A stretch of 24,000 nt of DNA from an uncultured Alphaproteobacteria bacterium (GTDB lineage: Bacteria > Pseudomonadota > Alphaproteobacteria > Rhodospirillales > Defluviicoccaceae): positions 19,353-43,352 of the forward strand of contig CAVPAM010000005.1 in assembly GCA_963701445.1 (NCBI GenBank), given 5' to 3'. The notes beneath the pieces were generated by a model. The model was not told where the DNA came from. It did not search any database and saw only the letters and a program-made list of their open reading frames with translations. Shown here in pieces: positions 1 to 9,740 of this stretch. Position 1 is the stretch's first letter. Every line of letters begins with the position of its first letter. The translations under genes were made by a program, and so were the position numbers.

Positions 1-1945
1 TCTGGAGGCCGAAGCCGATACCGACGGAGAGCGCGCCGGCGATGATGGCGATATTCTGGAAATTGAACCCCATGACACCCACCGCCAGCAGGGCGGCGAT
101 GGTAATGCCGACGTAGCTGACACCCGATGTCAGGGAGTTCCGGATGCCCATGTCCAAACGGGTTTTTGCCAGGATTTTTTCGGAGAGGGTCTGACGGACC
201 AGCCGCGTTATCGCGACGGCAATGACGAAAACCAGCAAGGCGGTAATGATGTCCACGAAGGAGATGGTCACCCCACCGACACTAAATCCTTCGGCGACCT
301 GCGAGGTCCACCGTGTAAGATCGGTCCGTGGCACACCCCAGACCGGTAAAACCGCGTAGACGGCCACACAGAGCAGAAGGAAATCCACAAAGACGCATAG
401 CCAGAAAGCGAGCAGGCCCCCGCTATCCGGGCGAACCCCGAGCCACCGGCCGGCCATGCGCGATCCAATGGCGAACTCAATCAGTTCCCGCAGCAGCGTG
501 CGGATCAGAAACAACGCACCAAGGATCACGCCGGTGATCAGCAAACCATCGATCAGCTTGTCGCCGAGATATACGTAACCGCTCAGGTTGGCGGCGACAC
601 CAAGGAGGGCCACCGCGCCGACGGTTCTGCGGACAAATGCCCATATTCGCCCGCCGGCCTGCTCTGACGGACTATTCTCTTCCCCTGCTTGGGGAATGGA
701 TTTCGTTTGCGCGTCCGGCACGGCGGCGGCGGCCTCCGAGGCAGCCGTTTCCGGTTCGGTGCGCCAAAGCCAACCCTGAACCACCAGAACAATGCCAACC
801 GCCTCAAGGAGGTCGATGATCAACGCATAGAAAGATGCCAGTTCCGGAGATACCGTGAAGGTCCCGGTAGAGCGATCGAAGAAAAGGTTGATGGCAACGC
901 GATCGAAGAACATGTCGATCGCGAACATGGCCAGCAGAAAGACGATCCTTCGGCTGAGTACCCGGGACGCCCTTGGACTCATCTGAGTGAGGCGCCACAC
1001 GGGAAGATCCGGCGCCAGCACCGCTCGCGTGAATGCGACGCCAAGGACGAAAATGATCATCGCCAAGCATATCGCCGAGACCACAACGGCAAAGTGGCCC
1101 GTGGTAACGGCCAAGCCGAGGTGAATCAAAACCAATGGAACAGCGAAAATGGATGCCGGAACAATCCCGCGAGCGACCCCCTCGACGAGGGCCGCCCCAA
1201 AACGCCTCGAATAGGTGGGCTTCTCGATAGTCACGTCTCGGCCATAGCGCTTCAATAGGAACCGGCGAATACTCCAGGCAACGACCAAAACAACCACCAT
1301 AACGGCGCCGCGCCACCGCACCTCCGCGAGTTGATCGGGCGATAGCCCAGCCCGCCACTCGGTATACGTACCGGCTATCGCGCTCAGAACCTGTCCAAAT
1401 TCTGGCACGGCCTTCGCGACGGTGTCTGGTGCCAACGGGAGGGGGCCGCGCACCAGCAGCCTTTCCCTGAACTCCTTGCGCGCCACCGCCGAAAGAGCGT
1501 TTTCCAGATCCTCGACGCGGGTCCGCGTCAACTGCGCCTGCGCCATCCGAGATCGATAGACGCTGATTTGAAGGTTGATCTCTTCGCGCTTCGATTGAAT
1601 GTCCAGCGGCTCGGGAGGGGCTCCCTCCGCCGGCGGAGGCCCCAGCGACTCCGACAAGCGGGCACGAGTCAACAACTCTGCCTTGGCTTTCTCCTCGACA
1701 TCCACGGCCTCGCCCTTGATCTTCGAGAGTTGGACGAGGAGATCGGCGTGCTTTTGCGGCGTATGCTCCGAGCCCTTTGCATAGGCCTCGACGTTGTCGA
1801 GGACTTTGCTCCAATTCGCGCTCATTTGTTCAAAAGCAAAAGCCCCTGGATCGTCCTCGGCGGACGTGGCACCGGACGGGATAACAGCAACGATCAGAAT
1901 GAGGAGAGCAAACAGATGAGCCATGAGAACACGATACCACGCCAT
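1..1945 (-). CDS. MscS-family mechanosensitive channel (MscK/KefA-like, with a long N-terminal periplasmic/coiled-coil and multi-TM extension). Partial: the 3' end lies beyond the window start.
   Basis: My manual minus-strand translation from the ATG at 1945 (alternative ATG at 1924) reads MAWYRVLMAHLFALLILIVAVIPSGATSAEDD (signal-like). It continues through a charged helical region and many hydrophobic helices. It stays open with no stop to position 1, ending in ...IIAGALSVGIGFGLQ, the MscS pore-helix signature. The ORF is not in the track because it lacks a stop inside the window. Track ORFs 804..1814(-) and 689..1258(+) are off-frame and Arg/Gly-rich. Confidence 0.8.
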   Translation of the reverse strand, partial: MAWYRVLMAHLFALLILIVAVIPSGATSAEDDPGAFAFEQMSANWSKVLDNVEAYAKGSEHTPQKHADLLVQLSKIKGEAVDVEEKAKAELLTRARLSESLGPPPAEGAPPEPLDIQSKREEINLQISVYRSRMAQAQLTRTRVEDLENALSAVARKEFRERLLVRGPLPLAPDTVAKAVPEFGQVLSAIAGTYTEWRAGLSPDQLAEVRWRGAVMVVVLVVAWSIRRFLLKRYGRDVTIEKPTYSRRFGAALVEGVARGIVPASIFAVPLVLIHLGLAVTTGHFAVVVSAICLAMIIFVLGVAFTRAVLAPDLPVWRLTQMSPRASRVLSRRIVFLLAMFAIDMFFDRVAINLFFDRSTGTFTVSPELASFYALIIDLLEAVGIVLVVQGWLWRTEPETAASEAAAAVPDAQTKSIPQAGEENSPSEQAGGRIWAFVRRTVGAVALLGVAANLSGYVYLGDKLIDGLLITGVILGALFLIRTLLRELIEFAIGSRMAGRWLGVRPDSGGLLAFWLCVFVDFLLLCVAVYAVLPVWGVPRTDLTRWTSQVAEGFSVGGVTISFVDIITALLVFVIAVAITRLVRQTLSEKILAKTRLDMGIRNSLTSGVSYVGITIAALLAVGVMGFNFQNIAIIAGALSVGIGFGLQ

Positions 1946-2061
1946 TGAATTCAACAAACGACTAAACCCGATAGTCCGGAAGAATCCAGACTTGCCGCGC
2001 CGGCACATCTGCTATTGTGCCCGGGTCGAGGGGATAAATTCGAGAATGGCCCGCTGACCTC

Positions 2062-3843
2062 ATGGACATAGAGCAGCTTTTCCTGATCGGTCTCATGGCC
2101 GCGCTGCTGGTCCTGTTCTGGTGGGGGCGGTGGCGTTACGACATCGTTGCCTTCGCGGCGCTGGTGGTTGCCGCCGTGGCGGGTACCGTCCCCTACGAGG
2201 ATGTCTTCAGCGGCTTCGGCCATCCCGCCGTGGTCACGGTGGCCGTGGTCCTGGTCATCAGCCGGGGACTTCAGAATTCCGGCGCCGTGGATCTCATTGC
2301 CAGGCACCTTCTTCCGCCGATCTTGTCCCCGAGCCGGCACGTGGGCATGTTGACCGGGGTCGCCGGTACATTGTCCACGGTGATGAACAACGTCGGCGCC
2401 CTGGTTTTGCTCATGCCGGCCGCGCTGAAATCCGCCGCGAAGGCCAACCATGCGCCCGCTGTCATTTTGATGCCGCTCGCGTTCGGATCGATTCTCGGCG
2501 GGTTGATCACGCTCATTGGGACGCCGCCGAACATCATCATCGCCGCCTTTCGCCGGGAAGAGACGGGAACAGCCTTCGGAATGTTCGATTTCGCTCCGGT
2601 GGGAGGGATCGTCGCCGTCGCCGGGATTGCTTACATCGCGATTGTCGGCTGGCGATTGATTCCCGAAGCACGCCGCGTGAAGCGATCCGAGGGCGCGCTC
2701 TTCGATATCGACGACTACGTGAGCGAGGTGAGGGTTGTCAAGGGAAGCAAGGCCGTCGGTCAGTCGCTCGGCGCGCTGGACGAGGCGGCGGCGAAGCACG
2801 AAGCCGTCATCCTCCGGCATTTCCGCAAGGACCAGCGCGTGGACCGGCCGAACCGCATGCAGGAGGTCCGCGCCGGAGACCTCCTCGTCGTCGAAACCGG
2901 TCCGCAAGCCCTCGGAGCGCTGGTCTCGGAACTCGGGCTCAAGCTGGCGGGAGCCAGCGGTGGCGCCATCGCGAGATTGAGTTCGGGGGAAACGGTCCTG
3001 GCCGAGGCCGTGGTGCTCCCGCGCTCCCGGCTCGTGGGCCAGCCTACGGGGCAGGTGACGCTTCGAAGGCGCTACGGGGTCAACCTCATCGCCATCTCCC
3101 GGCAAGGTCATCCCCTGCGCGGCCGCCTTCATTCCATCAGCCTTAAGCCCGGCGACGTCTTGCTCCTGGAGGGTTTTCCGGAACGCTTGCCCGAGATCGT
3201 AACCGCGCTCGGCTGTCTCCCCCTGGCGGGCCGGGATCTCAAGGTCGCGGCTCCACGCCGCGCGATCCTCTCGCTCGCATTGTTCGCGGGGGGGATCGCC
3301 CTTGCCACGTTCGGTTTGATGTCCCTTCCCGTCGCCTTGGGCGCCGTCGCCACCGGGTTGGTGTTGCTCAACATCGTCCCGCCCCGCGACATTTACGAGA
3401 GCGTGGACTGGCCCGTCATCGTGCTGCTGGCCGCCATGATCCCCATCGGTAACGCCTTGGAAACCAGTGGCACGACGGGTCTGGTGACGGACACCATGCT
3501 GATGCTCGGCGCCGAATTGTCGCCTCTCGTGATTCTTGCGTTCCTGATGGTCGTGACCATCGCGCTGTCCAATATCATCAACAACGCGGCCACGGCGGTG
3601 GTGATGGGACCCGTCGGCCTGACCGCGGCGGAAAAGCTGAGCGTCAGCCCGGATCCGTTCTTGATGGCGGTCGCGGTGGCCGCGTCGTGCGCGTTTCTGA
3701 CGCCGATTGGGCACCAGAACAACACGCTCATCCTTGGCCCCGGCGGTTACGAATTCGGCGACTACTGGCGGATGGGCCTGCCGTTGACTTTGCTGATCGT
3801 CGTCATTTCGGTTCCCCTGATCCCGTGGGTATGGCCTTTTTAA
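2062..3843 (+). CDS. SLC13/DASS-type anion permease with two central TrkA-C (RCK_C) domains
   Basis: 593-aa ORF with hydrophobic N- and C-terminal halves and a soluble middle. The middle holds two TrkA-C-like repeats (EVRVVKGSKAVGQSLGAL... and LAEAVVLPRSRLVGQPTGQV...). The architecture is typical of YbiR/CitT-like permeases. Confidence 0.8.
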   Translation: MDIEQLFLIGLMAALLVLFWWGRWRYDIVAFAALVVAAVAGTVPYEDVFSGFGHPAVVTVAVVLVISRGLQNSGAVDLIARHLLPPILSPSRHVGMLTGVAGTLSTVMNNVGALVLLMPAALKSAAKANHAPAVILMPLAFGSILGGLITLIGTPPNIIIAAFRREETGTAFGMFDFAPVGGIVAVAGIAYIAIVGWRLIPEARRVKRSEGALFDIDDYVSEVRVVKGSKAVGQSLGALDEAAAKHEAVILRHFRKDQRVDRPNRMQEVRAGDLLVVETGPQALGALVSELGLKLAGASGGAIARLSSGETVLAEAVVLPRSRLVGQPTGQVTLRRRYGVNLIAISRQGHPLRGRLHSISLKPGDVLLLEGFPERLPEIVTALGCLPLAGRDLKVAAPRRAILSLALFAGGIALATFGLMSLPVALGAVATGLVLLNIVPPRDIYESVDWPVIVLLAAMIPIGNALETSGTTGLVTDTMLMLGAELSPLVILAFLMVVTIALSNIINNAATAVVMGPVGLTAAEKLSVSPDPFLMAVAVAASCAFLTPIGHQNNTLILGPGGYEFGDYWRMGLPLTLLIVVISVPLIPWVWPF

Positions 3844-3918
3844 GAGCCGTTGTTGTCCGGTATTGTGAACACGTCGTTCCGCCCTATGTCATGGGTTCGG
3901 CAATCGGGAGAAACGGTC

Positions 3919-4482
3919 ATGGCGACCGCCTTCAAAAGCGTTCTTGCGTGTGTCTTCGCTGCTCTCTTGTGGGCCGCGCCAACGCCATCCACGGCGGCGG
4001 AAGACGCTCATGAGTTCGCCTTCACGTCGATCGAGGGGGCCCCGATGCCCCTGTCGGCGTTCAAGGGAAAGGCGATTCTGATCGTCAACACGGCGTCTCA
4101 GTGTGGCTTCACCCGTCAATACGAGGGTCTTCAGTCGCTCTGGGACCGGTACCGCGGCCGGGGGCTGGTCGTCCTCGGCGTGCCGTCCAACGACTTCGGC
4201 GGCCAGGAGCCCGGCAACGAGGGCGAGATCAAGGAATTCTGCGAGGTCAACTTCAATGTGGATTTCCCGCTGACGACCAAGCAGCACGTCAAGGGTCCTG
4301 ACGCCCATCCCTTCTATCATTGGACCGGACAGCAACTGGGAGACGACGCGAAACCGCGCTGGAACTTCCATAAATATCTGGTCGCGCCCGACGGGCGGCT
4401 GGCCGGCTGGTTCCCCACCCAAACCGAGCCGCTGTCGGAGCCGTTGCTGCAGGCGGTGGAAAGCAATCTCCCGCCACAATAA
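3919..4482 (+). CDS. gpx: Glutathione peroxidase (Cys-type), with N-terminal signal peptide
   Basis: Motifs NTASQCGFT, LGVPSNDFGGQEPG and WNFHKYLV are present. I prefer the ATG at 3919 over the track start at 3850, because GGGAG sits 8 nt upstream and the product starts MATAFKSVLACVFAALLWAAPTPSTAAED. Confidence 0.85.
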   Translation: MATAFKSVLACVFAALLWAAPTPSTAAEDAHEFAFTSIEGAPMPLSAFKGKAILIVNTASQCGFTRQYEGLQSLWDRYRGRGLVVLGVPSNDFGGQEPGNEGEIKEFCEVNFNVDFPLTTKQHVKGPDAHPFYHWTGQQLGDDAKPRWNFHKYLVAPDGRLAGWFPTQTEPLSEPLLQAVESNLPPQ

Positions 4483-4515
4483 GCTCAAGACCGCGATAGC
4501 GGCCGACGAGCAGCC

Positions 4516-5181
4516 TTATCTGACATCCTTCCTGATCGCCATGGCGATTTGCCGGCTCATGTCGCCGAGGGCGGCACTCATGGCCGCGGCGATCGCCGAA
4601 TACTTCCGCAGTGCCATTCCCGCCCTGTCGCCGCCGTCGCCTGGCGGATCGATTTCGACCGGTTTCCGGATTTCAATGGATTCGAGTGTCAGGGCGCTCC
4701 GACTCCTCGGATCGAGCAGGCCCCAACGCGCCTCAAGCACCACGTCCCCTCCGGGATCCCGCTCGAACCTCTGAATGTCCGTGCGAACTTCATAGTCGAC
4801 CGTTACCGGAATGGAGAGCGGGCTGAGGAGCACGCGCTCCGAGGGGACCTGTCTGGCGATATTATTCTTCAACGTCCTCGAAACATGCGCCCTGAACGGC
4901 GCCGCCCACTGATCGAATTGCGCGAGGTCGACGGTGTTGTCCGTGGTGCGGGTGACGAAATTCTGCGTATCCAGATAATCCGACATGGTGACCTCGACGA
5001 CCACGATGATCGCCTCGCTCGCGGCCGTCGGCGCCAGTTCCGTCCGCGGCACCTCGGACAGAACGTAGTAGCGGATCGGCTCGGACGCGCCTCCGAGAAT
5101 CCCGGCACAGCCGCCGAGGACCAGCAGACACACGCCAACGGCACATGACGTCAAGCGATTGGATCGTGAACGTGTCATCAT
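4516..5181 (-). CDS. PqiC-like / ABC-type transport auxiliary lipoprotein (DUF330 family)
   Basis: Lipobox LVLGGC is present. It is a paralogue of the pqiC product in this window: RYYVL vs RFYTL, DLAQFDQWAAPF vs DLAGFDSWGEPL, VDYEVRTDIQRFE vs VDYQVEIEVLRFD, and AAAMS in both. The start overlaps the upstream gene's stop by 4 nt (ATGA, 5178-5181). Confidence 0.8.
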   Translation of the reverse strand: MMTRSRSNRLTSCAVGVCLLVLGGCAGILGGASEPIRYYVLSEVPRTELAPTAASEAIIVVVEVTMSDYLDTQNFVTRTTDNTVDLAQFDQWAAPFRAHVSRTLKNNIARQVPSERVLLSPLSIPVTVDYEVRTDIQRFERDPGGDVVLEARWGLLDPRSRSALTLESIEIRKPVEIDPPGDGGDRAGMALRKYSAIAAAMSAALGDMSRQIAMAIRKDVR

Positions 5182-6173
5182 TGGCCTCCGGGTTTTCTTC
5201 TGCCGAACAGCAGGGCGTCGGGGTTGCGTTCAAGGGTCTGCGCGAGGCCGTTGAGGGAGCGCGCCGCCGCGCTGACCTCCCTCAACGCACTGACCAGTTC
5301 GAAATGGAGCGGCGACCCGGGCTTGATCACCTGGTCGGCCGTCGTCAGCAGCCTCTCCGCCCGCTCGAGGGATCCACGAACATTCGAAAACGCCTGCCTG
5401 GCCTCTGTCAGCGTCTGCTTGGCCTCGATCAAGGTGCTGTCCGCCGTTCTCACGGTGGCGGTGAGTTCGTCGGCGAGCGGATCAAAACGGTTGTTTATTT
5501 TGCTTATCAGAGCGCGCGTATCGCTCAACGTCTCCTCGGCGTTGACAAATGCCTGCTTGAGTTCCGGCGCCGCGATAATGTCACGAATCGTCGTCGTGGT
5601 TGCCTCCAGATCCGCAAGCATGCGACTGACATCGAGCTCTTGCAGCTTTGTGGTGATCGTCGTAATCGCCTCTTCGATTTGCGCGAAAGTGGAGGGTATC
5701 GTCGGGATTTCCGTGATGTCGGGATTCAGCCCCACCAATTTGGCCGGGGTTCCGGGGAACATGCTGACCTGAATCCCCAATTGCCCCGTCACAAAGCTCT
5801 GTTGGACCAATTGTGCGCGCAGTCCCTTGGCGATCAGCAGTTGGATTTCGTCCGACGGCGCCGGCGTGTCCTTGGCTCCACCGATTACGACGCTTTCCTT
5901 GGAATTAATTTCGACAATGACCTCTATGTAGAACTTAAGCTTATCGGGATCATAAAGAAGATTGATGTCGTCCACCTGACCGATGGGTACGCCGCGCCAC
6001 GTCACCGGAGCCCCCACCCGCAACCCGTTGACCGAGCCGCCGAAGAACATCACGTACCGGTGTGTCTGGGCAAACAGCTGCGCGCCGCCGAAATAGATCA
6101 CGGCAAGAACAATCAGCGCGATCGCGCCCAGGACGAAACCGCCAATCATCTTCGGGTTCGCGGGTTTACTCAT
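5178..6173 (-). CDS. Single-MCE-domain protein with N-terminal TM anchor and a PqiB-like C-terminal helical region
   Basis: TM helix IGGFVLGAIALIVLAVIYF is present. The MCE core is YVMFFGGSVNGLRVGAPVTWRGVPIGQVDDI. The post-MCE segment AKGLRAQLVQQSFVTGQLGIQVSMFPGTP and the C-terminus TLERNPDALLFGRRKP parallel the pqiB product here (KKGLRAQLKPGNLLTGQLYVNLDFFPGSP; YLERHPEALIHGKGGPK). Confidence 0.8.
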   Translation of the reverse strand: MSKPANPKMIGGFVLGAIALIVLAVIYFGGAQLFAQTHRYVMFFGGSVNGLRVGAPVTWRGVPIGQVDDINLLYDPDKLKFYIEVIVEINSKESVVIGGAKDTPAPSDEIQLLIAKGLRAQLVQQSFVTGQLGIQVSMFPGTPAKLVGLNPDITEIPTIPSTFAQIEEAITTITTKLQELDVSRMLADLEATTTTIRDIIAAPELKQAFVNAEETLSDTRALISKINNRFDPLADELTATVRTADSTLIEAKQTLTEARQAFSNVRGSLERAERLLTTADQVIKPGSPLHFELVSALREVSAAARSLNGLAQTLERNPDALLFGRRKPGGQ

Positions 6174-6211
6174 GCCTCATATCCATTTCCACCTTCACGC
6201 GGTCGACGCGC

Positions 6212-7366
6212 TCAAATTCCGAACATATTCGTCAGGACCGCAAAGATCCCGTCGGCGACGATGATCAGGACGATCGCCATGACCACCGCAGACGTGGCCG
6301 CCCCGCCGACCGCCGAGGCGCTGCGCCCGCACTGAATACCTTTTAGGCAGCCGGCGATGGCAATCAGGATCCCGAAAATAACGGACTTGAAGATCCCGAC
6401 GGCGAAGTCCGTCAGTTTCAAGGCACCGATCGTCTGGTCCACATACTGGGTCCATGTCAAATCGAGCATTCCCACGCCGACAATCACCCCGCCCAGGATG
6501 CCCAGCAGGATCGAGTAGACGCACAGAAGGGGCATCATCAGGATCAGCGCCAGCATTCGCGGCAGAACGAGGAAGTCCATGGGCACGAACCCCAGCGTCC
6601 TGAGCGCGTCGATCTCCTCGTTGACCTGCATGGTGCCGATCTGGGCCGCGAACGCGGCGCCGGTCCGGCCGGCCATGATGATCCCCGTCATCATCGCTCC
6701 CATCTCCCGCGCCATGGCGATGCCGACGAGGTTCGCGATGAAAATCTGGGCGCCGAACTGCTCCAACTGAACGGCGCCGACGAAGGCGAGGATCATCCCG
6801 ACCAGGACGCTGATCAGGGAGACGATCGGGAGGGCCTGAACCCCGCAGTCCTGTATGGTGAGAACCAGGTCCGAGCGCCGGAACCGCGCCCGCCCGGTGA
6901 ACAGACGGCCAAAACTACCCAGGGATTCGCCCAGAAACCCGGTCAGGTCGCGCGCCGCCCCGACGATGTCGAGCCATCCGTTGCCCACCTTGACGAGCAG
7001 CGTTTCCTGGACTTCGGTCCTGCGCGCGCCCTTTTTCTCGGGAACGGCGGCGGCCAGTTCCAACAGCTTGTGAACGCCCTCGGGCAGGGCATGATCGTCA
7101 ATCCCGATGTTCTTGCCGGCGCAGAACGCCTTGATGTTCAGCAGAAACGCCAGAAAGCCGCTATCCCACTCGGTCACTTCCCTCGCATCGAGGATGAGCT
7201 CCCTGGCCTCCGGCTCCAACTCGATCCGCTTTCGCACCTGGTCGGCGGTCGGGGGATGGCTCGGGATGGTCCAGCTTCCGCTGAGACCGAGCACGAGCGC
7301 GCCCCCGCCCGATGTGCTCAGGCTGACATCCGGCTTTTCCGGCGGTACCCGGGACGTGGGTGTCAA
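6212..7366 (-). CDS. mlaE: MlaE-family ABC transporter permease with N-terminal STAS domain
   Basis: 384 aa with a TTG start. The N-terminal ~110 aa are STAS-like (LVLGLSGSW...LILDAREVTEWDSGFLAFLL). The remainder is typical MlaE (GVQALPIVSLISVLVGMILAF...MQVNEEIDALRTLG...). Only 38 nt separate its stop from the downstream MCE gene's start. Confidence 0.8.
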   Translation of the reverse strand: MTPTSRVPPEKPDVSLSTSGGGALVLGLSGSWTIPSHPPTADQVRKRIELEPEARELILDAREVTEWDSGFLAFLLNIKAFCAGKNIGIDDHALPEGVHKLLELAAAVPEKKGARRTEVQETLLVKVGNGWLDIVGAARDLTGFLGESLGSFGRLFTGRARFRRSDLVLTIQDCGVQALPIVSLISVLVGMILAFVGAVQLEQFGAQIFIANLVGIAMAREMGAMMTGIIMAGRTGAAFAAQIGTMQVNEEIDALRTLGFVPMDFLVLPRMLALILMMPLLCVYSILLGILGGVIVGVGMLDLTWTQYVDQTIGALKLTDFAVGIFKSVIFGILIAIAGCLKGIQCGRSASAVGGAATSAVVMAIVLIIVADGIFAVLTNMFGI

Positions 7367-7496
7367 AACTTGGTTTCCCCTGCTCGCGGCTGGCGGCGTT
7401 CAAGCCGCATCGATCCCGTTCGATCACGATAGTTTGCTTTTGTCACAGTCAACCAAGCGGGAGGCAAGCACTTTGTATCCGGCGGACCGGCGGCGA

Positions 7497-8123
7497 TCAG
7501 CGGCCGGCGGAAAGGACTTGAATCGCCCGGGCGAGTTGTTCGCTGAAGGCGGAAACCGTGCGGCTCATGGCGGCGGCCACCGGCTCGTAATCGCCTCCCT
7601 CGACCGGTTCGGCCACGGGTTCCCGCACGGTCGACTTCTCCAACAAGAGCTGCTTTCCGTCCCCGTCGAAGATTTCCCATCGAGCCGTCAGAACGGCGTC
7701 GCCGCCCACTTCGGTGTCGAAACGGAGCACTTCGATCTCGACCTGGTAATCCACCGTCGGCGACCGGCGTCGGGGAATCACGAACACCCGGTCCGTGGCG
7801 AGCAAGGCCGACAGGTTCTCGGCCACGATCCTCGAAAACATGTCCTGCAGCGGCTCGCCCCAACTGTCGAAACCGGCGAGATCGAACGTGTTGGCTCCCG
7901 AGCGCCGAACCACCTGCGGCCTGTCGAGGTATTGAGGCAGGCTTACCGGACCGACCGCGACGGCGAGGCGGTCGGCGGCAACGCTCGCCGCGGCCGAACC
8001 GGGGGCGTCGACCTTGGAGAGCGTGTAGAAACGGGTCGGAGCGGTTTCCGCGCACCCGGCAAGCAACAGAATTCCCAGAGCGGCGGTGGCGATTGACCTT
8101 CGCCCCAGCGAATGTCGGCTCAT
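7497..8123 (-). CDS. pqiC: PqiC lipoprotein (DUF330)
   Basis: The ATG at 8123 gives MSRHSLGRRSIATAALGILLLAGCAE (lipobox LLAGC). There is an ATGA overlap with the pqiB stop (8120-8122). This is the C-terminal third of track ORF 7497..9740. Confidence 0.8.
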   Translation of the reverse strand: MSRHSLGRRSIATAALGILLLAGCAETAPTRFYTLSKVDAPGSAAASVAADRLAVAVGPVSLPQYLDRPQVVRRSGANTFDLAGFDSWGEPLQDMFSRIVAENLSALLATDRVFVIPRRRSPTVDYQVEIEVLRFDTEVGGDAVLTARWEIFDGDGKQLLLEKSTVREPVAEPVEGGDYEPVAAAMSRTVSAFSEQLARAIQVLSAGR

Positions 8124-9740
8124 TTCGGTCCTCCCTTGCCATGAATGAGTGCCTCCGGATGGCGCTCCAAATAGTCCGTCAGCACCCGGATGGATCGCGC
8201 GGCATTCTTGAGTTCCCTCATGAGTTCCACCAGATCCGCGCGGGCCTGGGAATTGGGGCCCACGAGGTTTTCGGTGGCGGCGAGCGTCGCAGTGGCCTGA
8301 ACCATCGTGGCGTCGGCGGCTTCCAAGGTCTCGCGGAGAGACTTCAGGGATTGCTTGATATCCGGCGAATTCACAACGTCCTGGATAGCCTGCAATGTCT
8401 TGCGCGCGTCGCCGACGACGGCATCCAGCGGCAGGCTCCCCACCTTTTCGAGTAAATGGGTCACGGACCGGGCGATCTCCTCCATGTCCGAGGGCATGGT
8501 CGGGATCTGCGGCGGTTCCCCCTCGACCATCACAAGCTCCGCCGGTGGACTGCCGGGAAAGAAGTCCAGATTGACGTAGAGCTGACCCGTAAGCAAATTT
8601 CCGGGTTTGAGTTGGGCGCGCAAACCCTTTTTGATCAGGAGATTCATGCCCTCGTAGACGCTCCTCGAAAGGTCTGCCGCCGACCTGCGTAAACCGCTGA
8701 GGCTCGATCACGATGGTGACCGGAATCTGCACGATTTGTTTCTGGGCGTCGATCACGAGATCCACCGACTTGACCGACCCCACCCGAATGCCCCTGAACT
8801 CCACCGACGCACCGACTTCGAGCCCTTTGACCGATCCATCGAAGTAAACCAGATACGGAATTTTTTCCGTGAGTTCGGCCTCGCCGACTTCCCCGCGGTT
8901 GTCATAGAGATCGAATGCCGCGCCCTCGGGGGCCTCCGGCTGGTCCATGGCGGTCTGGGGCGTATCGAAGGCGACGCCACCTGTCAGCAACGCCTGCAGC
9001 GACTCCGTATTGACCTGCACGCCGTTGGCGCCGATCTGAACGTCCACGCCACTGGCATTCCAGAACCGGGTGGCCTCGCGGATGAGCCGGTTGTGAGGCT
9101 CGCGAACAAAGGCTTGTATCAGCACTTCCCGGTTGTTCGGGCCCAGCTCGTAGCCGAGGATTTCGCCAACCTCGATGCCGCGAAAGTAAATCTGCGAACC
9201 GCGGCTGACGGAACCGCGTTTGGACGCGCGAAGAACGTATTTGCGCCCAGGAACGCTGGAAGTGAGCACGGGCGGAATTTCAAGCCCGACAAAGTCGCGG
9301 GCCGGCTCCCCCGGCTGTGGATCCACCTCGACATGGGCGCCGGACACCAGCGTGCCCAGTCCGGAGACCCCGCCGGCCGTCAGGCGCGGCCGCACCACCC
9401 AGAACCGGGTGTTGGTGGACAGGTACTTCTCCGCCCCCTTGACCATCTGCACGGTCACGTTCACTCTTTGGAGATCCTCGCTCAGCGAGATCGCCTCGAC
9501 CGTCCCAATGTCCACGTCCTTGAACTTGACCCTGGTCTTCGTGGCCTCCAGGCCGGCCGCCGTCTCGAACGAAATGGTGATGCGCGGCCCCTTTTCGGCG
9601 AGCGTGGTATACAGGAGCCAGCCGCCGATCACCGCCGCCACCAGGGGGATCAGCCAGACGATGGATACCCTTCGCGACGTTTTGACATCGACCTCGGGCA
9701 GAGCCCCGTTCACGTCCGTAGATAGTTTGCTATCCGTCAT
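8120..9740 (-). pseudogene. pqiB: pqiB (three-MCE intermembrane transport protein) interrupted by a 1-nt insertion near 8691-8693. This is either a true pseudogene or an assembly error.
   Basis: The frame from 9740 is good PqiB (TM helix, then three MCE repeats) up to ...IPVTIVIEPQR, then turns into Arg/Gly/Pro-rich junk. The PqiB C-terminal half (MNLLIKKGLRAQLKPGNLLTGQLYVNLDFFPG...YLERHPEALIHGKGGPK) is in the +1 frame, as track ORF 8120..8647. Removing one T from the TTT run (plus-strand AAA, 8691-8693) gives a continuous ...IEPQRLRRSAADLSRSVYEGMNLLIKKGLRAQL.... Confidence 0.8.

Noticed and set aside
1403-1418. Near-consensus sigma-54 promoter TGGCACG-N4-TCGCG on the + strand; rpoN is in the window
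   Set aside because: It lies inside and antisense to the MscS-family coding region, about 640 nt from the next + strand gene. The -12 element deviates from TTGCW. It is probably a chance match in GC-rich DNA.
804-1814. 336-aa minus-strand ORF, and 689..1258(+), inside the left-edge region
   Set aside because: They are off-frame relative to the MscS-family ORF, which I translated without a stop from 1945 to position 1 and which ends in the GFGLQ pore motif. Their sequences are Arg/Gly-rich nonsense.
1951-3714. 587-aa minus-strand ORF opposite the SLC13 permease. Similar long ORFs are 11992..13602(-), 19188..20636(-), 16562..17881(-), 5145..6335(+), 15547..16560(-), 15822..16685(-), 7107..8096(+), 8736..9725(+) and 10747..11703(+).
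   Set aside because: All lie antisense or off-frame to genes with clear family signatures. Their translations are Arg/Gly/His/Pro/Asp-rich and low-complexity, with no recognisable motifs. Stop-free alternative frames are expected in GC-rich DNA.
8650-8705. Programmed +1 ribosomal frameshifting in pqiB (and likewise at about 12161 in the TAXI gene)
   Set aside because: I see no recognisable slippery or stall context, such as a prfB-like CUU-UGA with an upstream SD. PqiB and TAXI families are not known to use recoding. Single-base homopolymer indels are the simpler explanation.
7497-9740. Reading the 747-aa ORF as a genuine PqiB-PqiC fusion protein
   Set aside because: Its middle ~175 aa are compositionally aberrant. 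The conserved PqiB C-terminal half is intact in the +1 frame. The PqiC part keeps its own ATG, signal and lipobox, and an ATGA stop/start overlap with that +1 frame.
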